64,000 bases of DNA from Eledone cirrhosa (lineage: Eukaryota): positions 292,082,001 through 292,146,000 of the forward strand of contig OZ024741.1 in the NCBI GenBank assembly GCA_964016885.1, in the 5' to 3' direction. This document shows, piece after piece, positions 12,112-26,900 of the stretch. Position 1 is the first letter of the stretch. Each line of letters starts with the position of its first letter. The notes below the pieces were generated by a model. That model searched no databases, had not been told where the DNA came from, and worked only from the letters and a program-made list of their open reading frames with translations. The translations under genes and the position numbers were made by a program.

Positions 12112-12565
12112 ATGTGTATATATGTGTGTGTGTGTATGTGTGTATGTATATGTATGTGTGTGTGTATGTATGTGTGTATATGTATATATATATATATATA
12201 TATGTATATGTATATGTATGTATGTGTGGATGAAGGTATGTGTGTATATATAGGTGTAAGTGCACTAAATCCCTTTCTATCACGCTCCACTCTCCTACCC
12301 ATCACAGGAAGATATGTGTATGTATATTGCTTCCACCCCCTCACTGACCAGCAGCTGGCCAGTTGGTGATTGCTAAATCTGACCTTTATAAAATAACCCA
12401 CACCCCAAATAACTTCTCATTCACTACCAGAAAGGGACACAGCAGTCAACCTGTTGTTGCTACCTAGATGAAAACTGCTATGAAATCCCACAATGAATTT
12501 TATACTTGAATTTTCAAGTCTCAAATTTTAACTCTTCGTATTATTAATTTTTCTTAATATTAATC

Positions 12566-12613
12566 AACATTTGAAAAGATGGCTTTTGCAGACCCATCGA
12601 AACCGGTCATTTT
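12566..12613 (+). ncRNA. Minimal hammerhead-like motif, U3-A8 core variant
   Basis: AACAU-UUGAAAA-GAUGG(11 nt)CCAUC-GAAA-CCGG-UC-AUUUU. Palindromic stem III, GUC triplet, imperfect stem I. Confidence 0.55.
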
Positions 12614-12749
12614 TTATACCCTTTATTATTTCCTTACCTTATAAAATTATGTTTTTTCACAAAAAAGTATTCTGTCTCTTATATATTCCATGTGCCATTA
12701 CCAACCTCAATTTTCCCTATAACCTTCGTTTTGTGTAGAAAATTACACT

Positions 12750-12787
<38 letters not shown>

Positions 12788-13031
12788 GGAAAAGAATGAA
12801 ACGAAATTTCATTTCTCACTCTTAGTTCGGCTGATACCTAAATATAAGTATGTATACGTAGATACATATATGTGTACATACGTACAGTAGTATGTATATA
12901 TATATATATGTACGTATGGGTTTACCGAACATTTATTATAATGTTCGGTTTGTTTGTAAAGAAACACCCTGAATTACGCCTTACAGTGTTCGGCAACCAT
13001 CGTCGCCCTTTTGATCAACGCTGACACAGGA

Positions 13032-13074
13032 ACGATGTACTAGTTTCAAGCTTATTAGCTATCGTCAGCATCGT
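13032..13074 (-). ncRNA. Minimal type I hammerhead ribozyme with palindromic stem III
   Basis: Reverse complement reads ACGAUG-CUGACGA-U(AGC UAAUAA GCU)U-GAAA-CUAG-UA-CAUCGU. Perfect 6-bp stem I, complete core, GUA triplet. It lies in a ~220-bp island between (TA)n tracts. Confidence 0.82.
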
Positions 13075-13132
13075 ATACCTTTCTGTCAGATGATTGAATG
13101 TCTGAAAGTAAATACTTTCCTCATGCATAGTG

Positions 13133-13163
<31 letters not shown>

Positions 13164-13331
13164 TTCTAGGACAGACATATTTTATGAGATTTTGATATAA
13201 ACTTAAAGTGGATATTACTCACATTTTTTTAGAAGATTTTTGTGTGAAAAAAATTAAGTGTGAACAATAAACACCACTTTAAAATATTCTTGCGAACACA
13301 GAACAATATCTATCTATCTATCTATCTATCG

Positions 13332-13423
<92 letters not shown>

Positions 13424-13524
13424 GTTCATGCATAATTATATATAACCGGTATGGTGAAACTGTGTCACAAGAAATATATGGCTATTGGAAAACTGAGATT
13501 ATCTTTGAAATTAAAAGACAAAAC

Positions 13525-14110
13525 TATCAATACCTTCGCATTGGAGGAGACCAGTGCCTTGGCCTCCGCGTGTGCAGTCCACACAAATGCCGTTTGGGGA
13601 CGGCTGTTTGACAAGTTCGGACTGCACCAGCTATCATGCCAACTTAGAGCAGACCAGGATCTTTCAACACATGTTTGAACGACATCATCAAGAGAAGCCT
13701 CGACACAGCCGGCTTCCCGTCACAACTGGTATCGCGTTCGTTGTGATGGTAAGTGGCTGGACTGAATAGCCTACTTCCTATACGAGGGAGGTAAATCCCT
13801 AATCCGTGACGCTACGTGAAACATGTTCTCGCTTCGGTCGCAAACCTTGATAACCACCACCCGCAATACAGAGAAGTGGAGGATAAACAAACACCGGGAT
13901 TGTCCGACCGCTTTCTTTTCGTACTGGTCACCGTTGAGACCTCTGATATCCTTGTCCCCCACACTGCTGATTTCCTCTGCAAAATAGAAAAGACAGCAAC
14001 CCGTCTGAGGACGGATCCCCAGAGGCGGCATGGCTGTTGCAGCGGGTGTCGCTGGCCATTCTCCGTGACAATGCTTTCGCCATTCTGTCTACGGAGCACG
14101 GCCGAATCAC
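13525..14110 (+). mobile_element. Second, more decayed CRE-clade 3' remnant
   Basis: Across frameshifts it reads LGLRVCSPHKC..DKFGLHQLSC..NDIIKRSLDTAGFPSQLV..DGK..GGKSLIRDAT..LSDRFLFVLVTVETS..EAAWLLQRVSLAILRDNA. This is colinear with the 8519-9163 protein. Confidence 0.8.
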
Positions 14111-14526
14111 TGCTTCGACTGTTTTGTAACATATATCCCTTCCTCTATCTCTTCATTTCTTTAGCTGCTTAATACTCTCCTTTTCTTTTTCCTCTTTCCC
14201 TTTCGTCTTTGTTATCTTTGGTGGTTTGTTTTGTTTTTCTTTGTTTGTTTTTCATTATTTATTGAGCATAATGTATATCAAGTGTAATTTTGCTGCCAAT
14301 TCTGTTGGAAACGCAGATAGAAAGTATACGCAAAACATTTCAATAGACTTATGTTTTAAAGTACAGTATTGCTCAATGGGAAAGTTTGAAGAAATTTCTT
14401 TTTACAATTATTATTCAAACATTTATTATTCAAAGTCCGTAATAAAAAGTATATTTTTTTCATATAGGAATAAACACTTTTTTATAGTCATTTTCAGGCA
14501 TCAAAAATATTTGCTTGTTATTTTTT

Positions 14527-14575
<49 letters not shown>

Positions 14576-14842
14576 GTTTTGTAGCTAAAAGACAAATATT
14601 AACAAACAATTGTTTCATTTTGTGACAAAAATATGTCTAAAAATATACATAAAAACTATAAAAAAATAAATATCGATCAATTGATGGAATCGATCGACAT
14701 GTTGGAAACTACCGAGCTGGATAAAACTCGTAAAATCGGACCAAGGAAGCAATGTTTCCATTGGTCTTTCCATTTCTGATACTATCCACTGGTCGCAACT
14801 CATGGCAGAAAAATACGTATATAAAAAATACATAAAAAAGAT

Positions 14843-15110
14843 GGGCGGTGCCCCAGCATAGCCTCAGCCGGATGGCTGGAACAGGTAAAAGAGTAAAAGA
14901 GTATATCAAAATGTATATAAACTATGTAGATTTTATATACAAAAATAAATATATAAACATGCATAAAAAATATATATATACAAGGGCGGTGCCCCAGCAT
15001 GGCCTCAGCCGGATGGCTGAAACAGGTAAAAGAGTAAAAGAGTATATCAAAACCTATATAAACTATATACATTTCATATACAAAAATAAATATATAAAAA
15101 TGTATAGACA
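14843..15110 (+). repeat. ~141-bp tandem duplication of a SINE-like 3' end, followed by AT-rich degenerate repeats to ~15830
   Basis: gggcggtgccccagcat(a/g)gcctcagccggatggctg..aacaggtaaaagagtaaaagag at 14843 and 14984. Confidence 0.85.
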
Positions 15111-15614
15111 AAGATATATATCAAAATGTATATAAACTATATACAATAAATATGTAAAGACTATATAAAACATTATATAAATAAATATATAAAAATAAAC
15201 ATAAAAACTAAATTAAATAATATATAGAATATATATACAAAAATTATATAAAATGTATACAAATAAACATATAAACTAAATAAAATATGTTATGCAAAAA
15301 CTATATGTAAATATATATAAATAAATATATAGAAACTATATAAAATAAATATATATAAAAAAATATGCAATACTATATAAAGTATATAAAAATAAATATA
15401 TAAAAAAGCTATAGAAAAGATATATATAAAGCATATAAAAATAAATATATAAAAAACTATACAAAACTATATAAAGCATATAAAAATAAATATATAAAAA
15501 TCTATAGAAAAACTATATAAAGCATATAAAAATAAACATAAAAAAATATAGTAAACCTATATAAAGTATATAAAAATAAATAAATATATAAAACTATAGA
15601 AAACTATATAAAGC

Positions 15615-15671
<57 letters not shown>

Positions 15672-16534
15672 CATAGAAAATTATAAGAATAAATATATAT
15701 AAAAATAACTATACAAAAAACTATAAAAATAAATATATATAAAAAACTGTGCAAAAAACTATATAAAGCTTATAAAAATAAATATATAAAAAATAACAAC
15801 AAAAACTATATAAAAAAATAACAATATATATATGAAACAATAAAAACAAGTATAGGATCAACAATGACAGCAACATTCTTTTAATTATTAAAATAAAGTA
15901 ATAATATCTTCGTTACTAATTTTGGCATTGCAGTCTTACACAACAAACACTAACATGGAAGAAATGTGTCTGAAAAAAAAACGACAATATTTTCCATATG
16001 ATGAATATAGTTTATATTTTTGTATGAGAAAACAATTTTAATCATTTGGTTTGTATGAAAAAAAAGCATTAACCATTTTTTTTTTTTTTTTGTAATTTTT
16101 TCGTTTTACCCAAGTTTGCAGGCGAAACTTAATTAAGGAAGAAACACAATAAATTCTAATTTGGTTACAGAATTAACATTTAAAAAAAAAAATTACAACA
16201 AAAACAATACGATAAAAAGTAGATATTATTACTCTATCATTGAAATGCAAAAGAAAGATAGTCGGCATATAAATTTTGTAGACAAAAATTCTAATATTTA
16301 TTATTAAACAATTGTTAATTTCTAAGTGAAAGATATCTTTGTCACAGGAGAAAAAAATTAAATGTTTATCGAACAAAAGCAAATTGACAACATTCTAATA
16401 ACTGTTGTGTCAAGAATATCCTGTAACCTATTTTATTTCAAATTTTATAGAAAAAAAAATGCCATTATTATTATTATTTTTATTATAATTATTATTATTA
16501 TTATTATTATTATAGTAAATGTTCAATAATAATT

Positions 16535-17800
16535 ATAATGGTTTCTGATTTAAGGAGAAGGCCAGCAATTTTGGGAGGAGTGGAAAGTAGATTAAATCGA
16601 TACCAGTGTGTGACTGGTACTTTCCTTTATTGATCCCGTAAGAATAAAATGTAAAGCTAATTTCGGCGGGATTTGCTTTTCATCCTTACGAGGTCGATAA
16701 AATAATGCATTGAGGTCGATTTAATCGACTTCCTCCCTCTCAAAATTGTTGACCAAGTGCCTGAATAGAAAAAAATTATATTATTATTATTATTGTTGTT
16801 TGGCTAGGGTGCTGGATTGGCAGTATCAGTAGATAGTCGGACAACATGCTTCGTGGCATAGAGTTACGATCATTTACGGTCTGAGTTCAAATCCCCACCG
16901 CGGTTAACTTTGCCTTTCGTCCTACGGGATCGATAAAATAAAGCCCCAGTAACGTACTGGGACGATTTAATCGACTTTCCCTTCCCCACAAATTACTGGC
17001 ATTGTGCCTATAGTAGAAATGATTATCATTATTATTGTTTTGGCTAGGGTGCTGGATTCTTCGCAGGTGAGAGTTACGGGCTTTTACGTTCTGATTTCAA
17101 ATCCCACTGAGGTCAGCTTTGCTTTTCATCCTAACAGAATCGGTAAAATAAAGTGCCAGTAACGCACTGAGGTCGATTTAATCGATTTTCCCCTCCCCTA
17201 AAATTGCTCGCCTTCTGCCTATATAAGAAAGCATTTTATTATCATTAATAATAATGGTTTCATTAATAATAAAGGCGGTGAATTGGCAGTATCGGTTGGG
17301 GGTTGGACGCCATACTTTCTAGCATAGTTACGTCCCTTTACGGTCTGAGTTCAAACACGTTGAGGTTAACTTTGCCTTTCATCCTTACGTGGTGAATAAA
17401 ATAAATTACCAGTAATGTACTGGGTATTTTGCTGGCCCTGTGCCAAAAGTAGAAACAATTATCATTAATATTATTACTATTGAACGTTTGTAATTACTTC
17501 ATAAAAATGTCGTTTTAGGCGTTAAAAAAAAAACAACTTAAATTTATATTACATTCATCGTATAATTCTTGGTGTCAAAACTTTCGTACTACTATTTGCG
17601 ACATGATCAATAATTGTTTCTACTTTTGGCACAAGGCCAGCAATTATCAGAATTCATTACTAGCACTATATTTTATCGACCCCCGTAAGGAGGAATGGCA
17701 AAGTTAACCTTGGCAGGATTTGAACTCAGAACATGAAGGGCAATAACTCTATGCTGAAAAGCATGGTTACCAACGCTCTAACAATTCTGCCATTCCACTC
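16535..17800. mobile_element. Cluster of ~6 SINE family A copies in both orientations
   Basis: Copies at ~16540-16675(-), 16675-16770(+), 16805-17020(+), 17045-17230(+), 17272-17460(+) and 17610-17800(-). Confidence 0.88.
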
Positions 17801-17924
17801 AATAACGCAGTTCTACTTCAATCCAGCTGTCAGCAACCAGATCGATAACAGAGGTCAATACAATAAATACCAGGTTTGCAGAAGGTAAGTATTGTGGAAG
17901 ATATAGTCAGTCCTGCAAACAATT

Positions 17925-20900
17925 CTACATACTAACAACAAGTGTGTCAGTCATATATACGAACTTATCAGTGCTACACACGACAAGATAAGTCAGTGCT
18001 ACACACTAACAACATTATGTGTCAGTCCTACACGTTAACAACAATGTGTGTCGGTCCTACACACTAAGCTCAATGTGTGTCAGTCTTACACACTAACAAC
18101 AATGTGTGTCAGTCCTGCACACTAACAACAATGTATGTCAGTCCTACACACTAACTACAATGTATGTCAGTATTACACACTAACAACAATGTGTGTCAGT
18201 CCTACACACTAACTACAATGTGTGTCAGTGCTACACACTAACAACAATATGTGTCAGTCCTGCACACTAACAACAATGTGTGTCAGTCCTACACACTAAC
18301 AACAATGTGTGTCAGTCCTACACATTAACTACAATGTGTGTAAGTCCTACACACTAACTACAATGTGTGTCAGTCCTACACACTAGCAACAATGTGTGTC
18401 AGTCCTACACACTACCAACAATGTGTGTCAGTCCTACACACTGCCAACAATGTGTGTCAGTCCTACACACTAACAACAATGTATGTCAGTCTTACACACT
18501 AACAACAATGTGTGTCAGTCCTACACACTAACAACAATGTGTGTCAGTCCTACACACTAACAACAATGTATGTCAGTCTTACACACTAACAACAGTGTGT
18601 GTCAGTCCTAAACACTAATAACAATGCCTGTCAGTCCTACACATTAACTACAATGTATGTCAGTCTTACACATTAACTACAATGTGTGTCAGTCCTACAC
18701 ACTAACTACAATGTGTGTCAGTCCTACACACTAACTACAATGTGTGTCAGTCCTACACACTAACAACAATGTGTGTCAGTCCTACACACTAACAACGATG
18801 TATGTCAGTCTTACACACTAACAACAATGTGTGTCAGTCCTACACACTAACAACAATGTGTGTCAGTCCTACACACTAACAACAATGTGTGTCAGTCCTA
18901 CACACTAACTACAATGTGTGTCAGTCCTACACACTAACTACAATGTATGTCAGTCCTACACACTAACAACAATGTATGTCAGTCCTACACACTAACAACA
19001 ATGTGTGTTAGTCCTACACACTAACAACAATGTGTGTCAGTCCTACACACTAACTACAATGTGTGTCAGTCCTACACACTAACAACAATGTATGTCAGTC
19101 CTACACACTAACTACAATATATGTCAGTCCTACACATTAACTACAATGTATGTCAGTCTTACACACTAACAACAATGTGTGTCAGTCCTACACACTAACA
19201 ACAATGTGTGTCAGTCCTACACACTAACAACAATGTGTGTCAGTCCTACACACTAACTACAATGTATGTAAGTCCTACACACTAACTACAATGTATGTCA
19301 GTCCTACACACTACCTACAATGTATGTCAGTCTTACACATTAACTACAATGTGTGTCAGTCCTACACACTAACTACAATGTGTGTCAGTCCTACACACTA
19401 ACAACAATGTATGTCAGTCCTACACACTAACTACAATGTGTGACAGTCCTACACACTAACAACAATGTATGTCAGTCCTACACACTAACTACAATGTGTG
19501 TCGGTCCTACACATTAACTACAATGTATGTCAGTCCTACACACTAATTACAATGTGTGTCAGTCCTACACACTAACGACAGTGTGTGTCAGTCCTACACA
19601 CTAAATACAATGTATGTCAGTCCTACACACTAACAACAATGTGTGTCAGTCCTACACACTAACAACAATGTATGTCAGTCCTACACACTAACTACAATAT
19701 ATGTCAGTCCTACACATTAACTACAATGTATGTCAGTCTTACACACTAACAACAATGTGTGTCAGTCCTACACACTAACAACAATGTGTGTCAGTCCTAC
19801 ACACTAACAACAATGTGTGTCAGTCCTACACACTAACTACAATGTGTATCAGTCCTACACACTAACTACAATGTATGTCAGTCCTACACACTAACAACAA
19901 TGTGTGTCAGTCCTACACACTAACTACAATGTATGTCAGTCCTACACACTAACAACAATGTGTGTCAGTCCTACACACTAACAACAATGTGTGTCAGTCC
20001 TACACACTAACTACAATGTGTGTCAGTCCTACACACTAACTACAATGTGTGACAGTCCTACACACTAACAACAATGTATGTCAGTCCTACACACTAACTA
20101 CAATGTGTGTCGGTCCTACACATTAACTACAATGTATGTCAGTCCTACACACTAATTACAATGTGTGTCAGTCCTACACACTAACGACAGTGTGTGTCAG
20201 TCCTACACACTAAATACAATGTATGTCAGTCCTAAACACGAACTACAATGTGTGTCAGTCCTACACACGAACAACAATTTGTGTCAGTCCTACACACTAA
20301 CAATAATTTGTGTCAGTCCTACACACTAACAACAATGTGTGTCAGTCCTACACACTAACTACAATGTATGTCAGCCATACACACCAACAACAATGTGTGT
20401 CAGTCCTACACACTAACAGCAATGTATGTCAGCCTTACACACTAACAACAATGTGTGTCAGTCCTACACACTACCTACAATGTATGTCAGCCATACACAC
20501 CAACAACAATGTGTGTCAGTCCTACACACTAACAACAATGTGTGTCAGTCCAACACATTAACTACAATGTATGTCAGTCCTACACACTAACTACAATGTA
20601 TGTCAGTCCTACACGCTAACTACAATGTGTGTCAGTCTTACAAAACTAACAACAATGTGTGTCAGTCCTACACACTAACAACAATGTGTGTCAGTCCTAC
20701 ACGCTAACAACAATGTGTGTCAGTCCTACACATTAACTACAATATGTGTCAGTCCTACACACTAACTACAATGTGTGTCAGTCCTACACACTAACTACAA
20801 TGTGTGTCAGTCCTACACACTAACAACAATGTGTGTCAGTCCTACACACTAACTACAATGTATGTCAGTCCTACACACTAACTACAATGTGTGTCAGTCC

Positions 20901-23900
20901 TACACACTAACTACAATGTGTGTCAGTCTTACACACTAACAACAATGTATGTCAGTCCTACACGCTAACTACAATGTGTGTCAGTCTTACAAAACTAACA
21001 ACAATGTATGTCAGTCCAACACACTAACAACAATGTATGTCAGTCCTACACACTAACTACAATATGTGTCAGTCCTACACACTAACAACAATGTGTGTCA
21101 GTCCTACACACTAACTACAATGTATGTCAGTCCTACACACTAACTACAATGTGTGTCAGTCCTACACACTAACTACAATGTGTGTCAGTCTTACACACTA
21201 ACAACAATGTGTGTGAGTCCTACACACTAACTACAATGTATGTCTGTCCTACACACTAACTACAATGTATGTCAGTCTTACACACTAACAACAATGTATG
21301 TGAGTCCTACACACTAACTACAATGTGTGTCAGTCCTACACACTAACAACAATGTATGTGAGTCCTACACACTAACTACAATGTGTGTCAGTCCTACACA
21401 CTAACTACAATATGTGTCAGTCCTACACACTAACAACAATGTATGTGAGTCCTACACACTAACTACAATATATGTCAGTCCTACACACTAACTACAATGT
21501 GTGTCAGTCTTACACACTAACTACAATGTATGTCAGTCTTACACACTAACAACAATGTGTGTCAGTCCTACACACTAACTACAATATATGTCAGTCTTAC
21601 ACACTAACTACAATGTGTGTCAGTCCTACACACCAACTACAATGTATGTCAGTCCTACACACTAACAACAATGTATGTTAGTCCTACACACTAACAACAA
21701 TATATGTCAGTCCTATACACTAACTACAATGTATGTCAGTCCTACACACTAACAACAATGTGTGTCATTCCTACACACTAACAACACTGTATGTCAGTCC
21801 TACCCACTAACAACAATGTGTGTCAGTCCTACACACTAACAACAATATATGTCAGTCCTACACACTAACTACAATGTATGTCAATCTTACACACTAACAA
21901 CAATGTGTGTCAGTCCTACACACTAACTACAATGTGTGTCAGTCCTACACACTAACAACAATGTATGTCAGTCCTACACACTAACTACAATGTATGTCAA
22001 TCTTACACACTAACAACAATGTGTGTCAGTCCTACACTAACAACAATGTGTGTCAGTCCTACACACTAACAACAATGTATGTCAGTCCTACACACTAACT
22101 ACAATGTATGTTAATCTTACACACTAACAACAATGTGTGTCAGTCCTACGCACTAACAACACTGTATGTCAGTCCTACACTCTAACAACAATGTATGTCA
22201 GTGCTACACACTAACAACAATGTGTGTCAGTCCTACACACTAACAACAATGTATGTCAGTTTTACACACTAACTACAATGTTTGTCAGTCCTACACACTA
22301 ACAACAATTTGTGTCAGTCCTACACACTAATAACAATTTGTGTCAGTCCTACACACTAACAACAATGTGTCTAAGTCCTACACACTAACAACAATGTGTA
22401 TCAGTCCTACACACTAACTACAATATGTGTCAATCCTACACACTAACAACAATGTGTGTCAGACCTACACACTAACTACAACGTATATCAGTCCTACACA
22501 CTAACAACAATGCGTGTCAGTCCTACACACTAACAACAATGTATGTCAGTCTTACACACTAACAACAATGTGTGTCAGTCCTACACACTAACAACAATGT
22601 ATGTCAGTCTTACACACTAACAACAATGTGTGTCAGTCCTACACACTATCAACAACGTATTTCAGACCTACACGCTAACGATAGTGTGTGTCAGTCCTAC
22701 ACACTAACTACAATGTATGTCAGTCCTACACACTAACAACAATGTATCTCAGATTACACCCTATCAACAATGTATGTCAGTCCTACACACTAACGACAGT
22801 GTATGTCAGTCCTACACACTAACCACAATGTGTGTTAGCCCTACACACTAACAACAATGTGTGTCAGTCCTACACACTAACAACAATGTGTGTCAGTCCT
22901 ACACACTAACAACAATATGTGTCGGTCCTACACATTAACTACAATGTATGACAGTCCTACACACTAACTACAATGTATGTCAGTCCTACACACTACCAAC
23001 AATGTGTGTCAGTCCTACACACTAACTACAATGTGTGTCAGTCCTACACACTAACAACAATGTGTGTCAGTCCTACACACTAACAACAATGTGTGTCAGT
23101 CTTACACACTATCAACAATGTACGTCAGTCATACACACTAACGACAGTGTGTGTCAGTCCTACACACTAACAACAATGTGTGTTAGTCCTACACACTAAC
23201 GACAGTGTGTGTCAGTCTTACACACTAATAACAATGTGTGTTAGTCCTACACACTAACAACAATGTGTGTCAGTCCTACACACTAACAACACTGTATGTC
23301 AGTCCTACACACTAACAACAATATGTGTCGGTGCTACACATTAACTACAATGTATGTCAGTCCTACACACTAACTACAATGTATGTCAGTCCTACACACT
23401 AACAAAAATGTGTGTCAGTCCTCCACACTAACTACAATGTGTGTCAGTCCTACACACTAACAACAATGTGTGTCAGTCCTACACACTAACAAATATATGT
23501 GTCAGTCCTACACACTAACTACAATGTGTGTCAGTCCTACACACTAACTACAATGTATGTCAGTCCTAAACACTAACAACAATGTATGTCAGTCCTACAC
23601 ATTGACTACAATATGTGTCAGTCTTACACACTAACTACAATGTGTGTCAGTCCTACACACTAACAACAATGTGTTTCAGTCCTACACACTAACTACAATG
23701 TGTATCAGTCCTACACACTAACAACAATGTGTGTCAGTCATACACACTAACAACAATATGTGTCAGTCCTACACACTAACAACAACATGTGTCAGTCATA
23801 CACACTAACAACAATATGTGTCAGTCCTACACACTAACTACAATGTATGTCAGTCCTACACACTACCTACAATGTGTGTCAGTCCTACACTCTAACAACA

Positions 23901-26900
23901 ATGTGTGTCAGTCCTACACACTAACAACAATGTGTGTCAGTCCTACACACTAACAACAATGTGTGTCAGTCCTACACACAAACAACAATGTATGTCAGTC
24001 CTACACACTAACTACAATGTATGTCAGTCTTACACACTAACAACAATGTGTGTCAGTCCAACACAGTAACAACAATGTGTGTCAGTCCTACACACTAACT
24101 ACAATGTGTGTCAGTCCTACACACTAACAACAATGTGTGTCAGTCCTACACACTAACTACAATGTGTGTCAGTCATACACACTAACAACAATATGTGTCA
24201 GTCCTACACACTAACAACAATGTGTGTCAGTTCTACACACTAACAACAATGTGTGTCAGTCCTACACACTAACAACAATGTATGTCAGTCCTACACACTA
24301 ACAACAATGTGTGTCAGTCCTACACACTAACAACAATGTATGTCAGTTTTACACACTAACTACAATGTTTGTCAGTCCTACACACTAACAACAATTTGTG
24401 TCAGTCCTACACACTAACAACAATTTGTGTCAGTCCTACACACTAACAACAATGTGTCTAAGTCCTACACACTAACAACAATGTGTGTCAGTCCTACACA
24501 CTAACTACAATATGTGTCAATCCTACACACTAACAACAATGTGTGTCAGTCCTACACACTAACTACAATGTATATCAGTCCTACACACTAACAACAATGT
24601 GTGTCAGTCCTACACACTAACAACAATGTATGTCAGTCTTACACACTAACAACAATGTGTGTCAGTCCTACACACTAACAACAATATATGTCAGTCTTAC
24701 ACACTAACAACAATGTGTGTCAGTCCTACACACTAACAACAATGTATGTCAGTCTTACACACTAACGACAGTGTGTGTCAGTCCTACACACTAACTACAA
24801 TGTATGTCAGTCCTACACACTAACAAAAATGTATCTCAGATTACACACTATCAACAATGTGTGTTAGCCCTACACACTAACAACAATGTGTGTCAGTACT
24901 ACACACTAACAACAATATGTGTCGGTCCTACACATTAACTACAATGTATGACAGTCCTACACACTAACTACAATGTATGTCAGTCCTACACACTACCAAC
25001 AATGTGTGTCAGTCCTACACACTAACTACAATGTGTGTCAGTCCTACACACTAACAACAATGTGTGTCAGTCCTACACACTAACAACAATGTGTGTCAGT
25101 CTTACACACTATCAACAATGTATGTCAGTCATACACACTAACGACAGTGTCTGTCAGTCCTACACACTAACAACAATGTGTGTTAGTCCTACACACTAAC
25201 GACAGTGTGTGTCAGTCTTACACACTAATAACAATGTGTGTTAGTCCTACACACTAACAACAATGTGTGTCAGTCCTACACACTAACAACACTGTATGTC
25301 AGTCCTACACACTAACAACAATATGTGTCGGTGCTACACATTAACTACAATGTATGTCAGTCCTACACACTAACTACAATGTATGAAAGTCCTACACACT
25401 AACAACAATATGTGTCGGTCCTACACATTAACTACAATGTATGTCAGTCCTACACACTAACAACAATGCGTGTCAGTCCTACACACTAACAAAAATATGT
25501 GTCAGTCCTACACACTAACTACAATGTGTGTCAGTCCTACACACTAACTACAATGTATGTCAGACCTAAACACTAACAACAATGTATGTCAGTCCTACAC
25601 ATTGACTACAATATGTGTCAGTCTTACACACTAACTACAATGTGTGTCTGTCTTACACACTAACAACAATGTCTGTCAGTCCTACACACTAACGACAATG
25701 TATGACAGTCCTACACACTAACTACAATGTGTATCAGTCCTACACACTAACAACAATGTGTGTCAGTCATACACACTAACAACAATATGTGTCAGTCCTA
25801 CACACTAACAACAATGTGTGTCAGTTCTACACACTAAAAACAATGTGTGTCAGTCCTACACACTAACAACAATGTGTGTCAGTCCTACACACTAACAACA
25901 ATGTATGTCAGTTTTACACACTAACTACAATGTATGTCAGTCCTACACACTAACAACAATGTATGTCAGTTTTACACACTAACTACAATGTTTGTCAGTC
26001 CTACACACTAACAACAATTTGTGTCAGTCCTACACACTAACAACAATTTGTGTCAGTCCTACACACTTACAACAATGTGTCTAAGTCCTACACACTAACA
26101 ACAATGTGTGTAAGTCCTACACACTAACTACAATATGTGTCAATCAGACACACTAATAACAATGTGTGTCAGTCGTACACACTAACAACAATGTGTGTCA
26201 GTCCTACACACTAACAACAATGTGTGTCAGTCCTACACTCTAACAACAATGTATGTCAGTCCTACACACTAACTACAATGTGTGTCAGTCCTACACACTA
26301 ACAACAATGTGTGTCAGTCCTACACACTAACTACAATGTATGTCAGTCCTACACACTAACAACAATGTGTGTCAGTCCTACACACTAACAACAATATCTG
26401 TCAGTCCTACACACTAACAACAATGTGTGTCAGTCCTACACACTAACTACAATATCGGTCAGTCCTACGCACTAACAAGAATGTATGTCAGTCCTACACA
26501 CTAACTACAATGTATGTCAGTCCTACACACTAACAACAATGTGTGTCAGTCCTACACACTAACAACAATATCTGTCAGTCCTACACACTAACAACAATGT
26601 GTGTCAGTCCTACACACTAACTACAATATCGGTCAGTCCTACGCACTAACAAGAATGTATGTCAGTCCTACACACTAACTACAATGTATGTCAGTCCTAC
26701 ACACTAACAACAATGTGTGTCAGTCCTACACACTAACAACAATATCTGTCAGTCCTACACACTAACAACAATGTGTGTCAGTCCTACACACTAACTACAA
26801 TATCGGTCAGTCCTACGCACTAACAAGAATGTATGTCAGTCCTACACACTAACAACAATGTTTGTCAGTCCTACACACTAACTACAATATCGGTCAGTCC

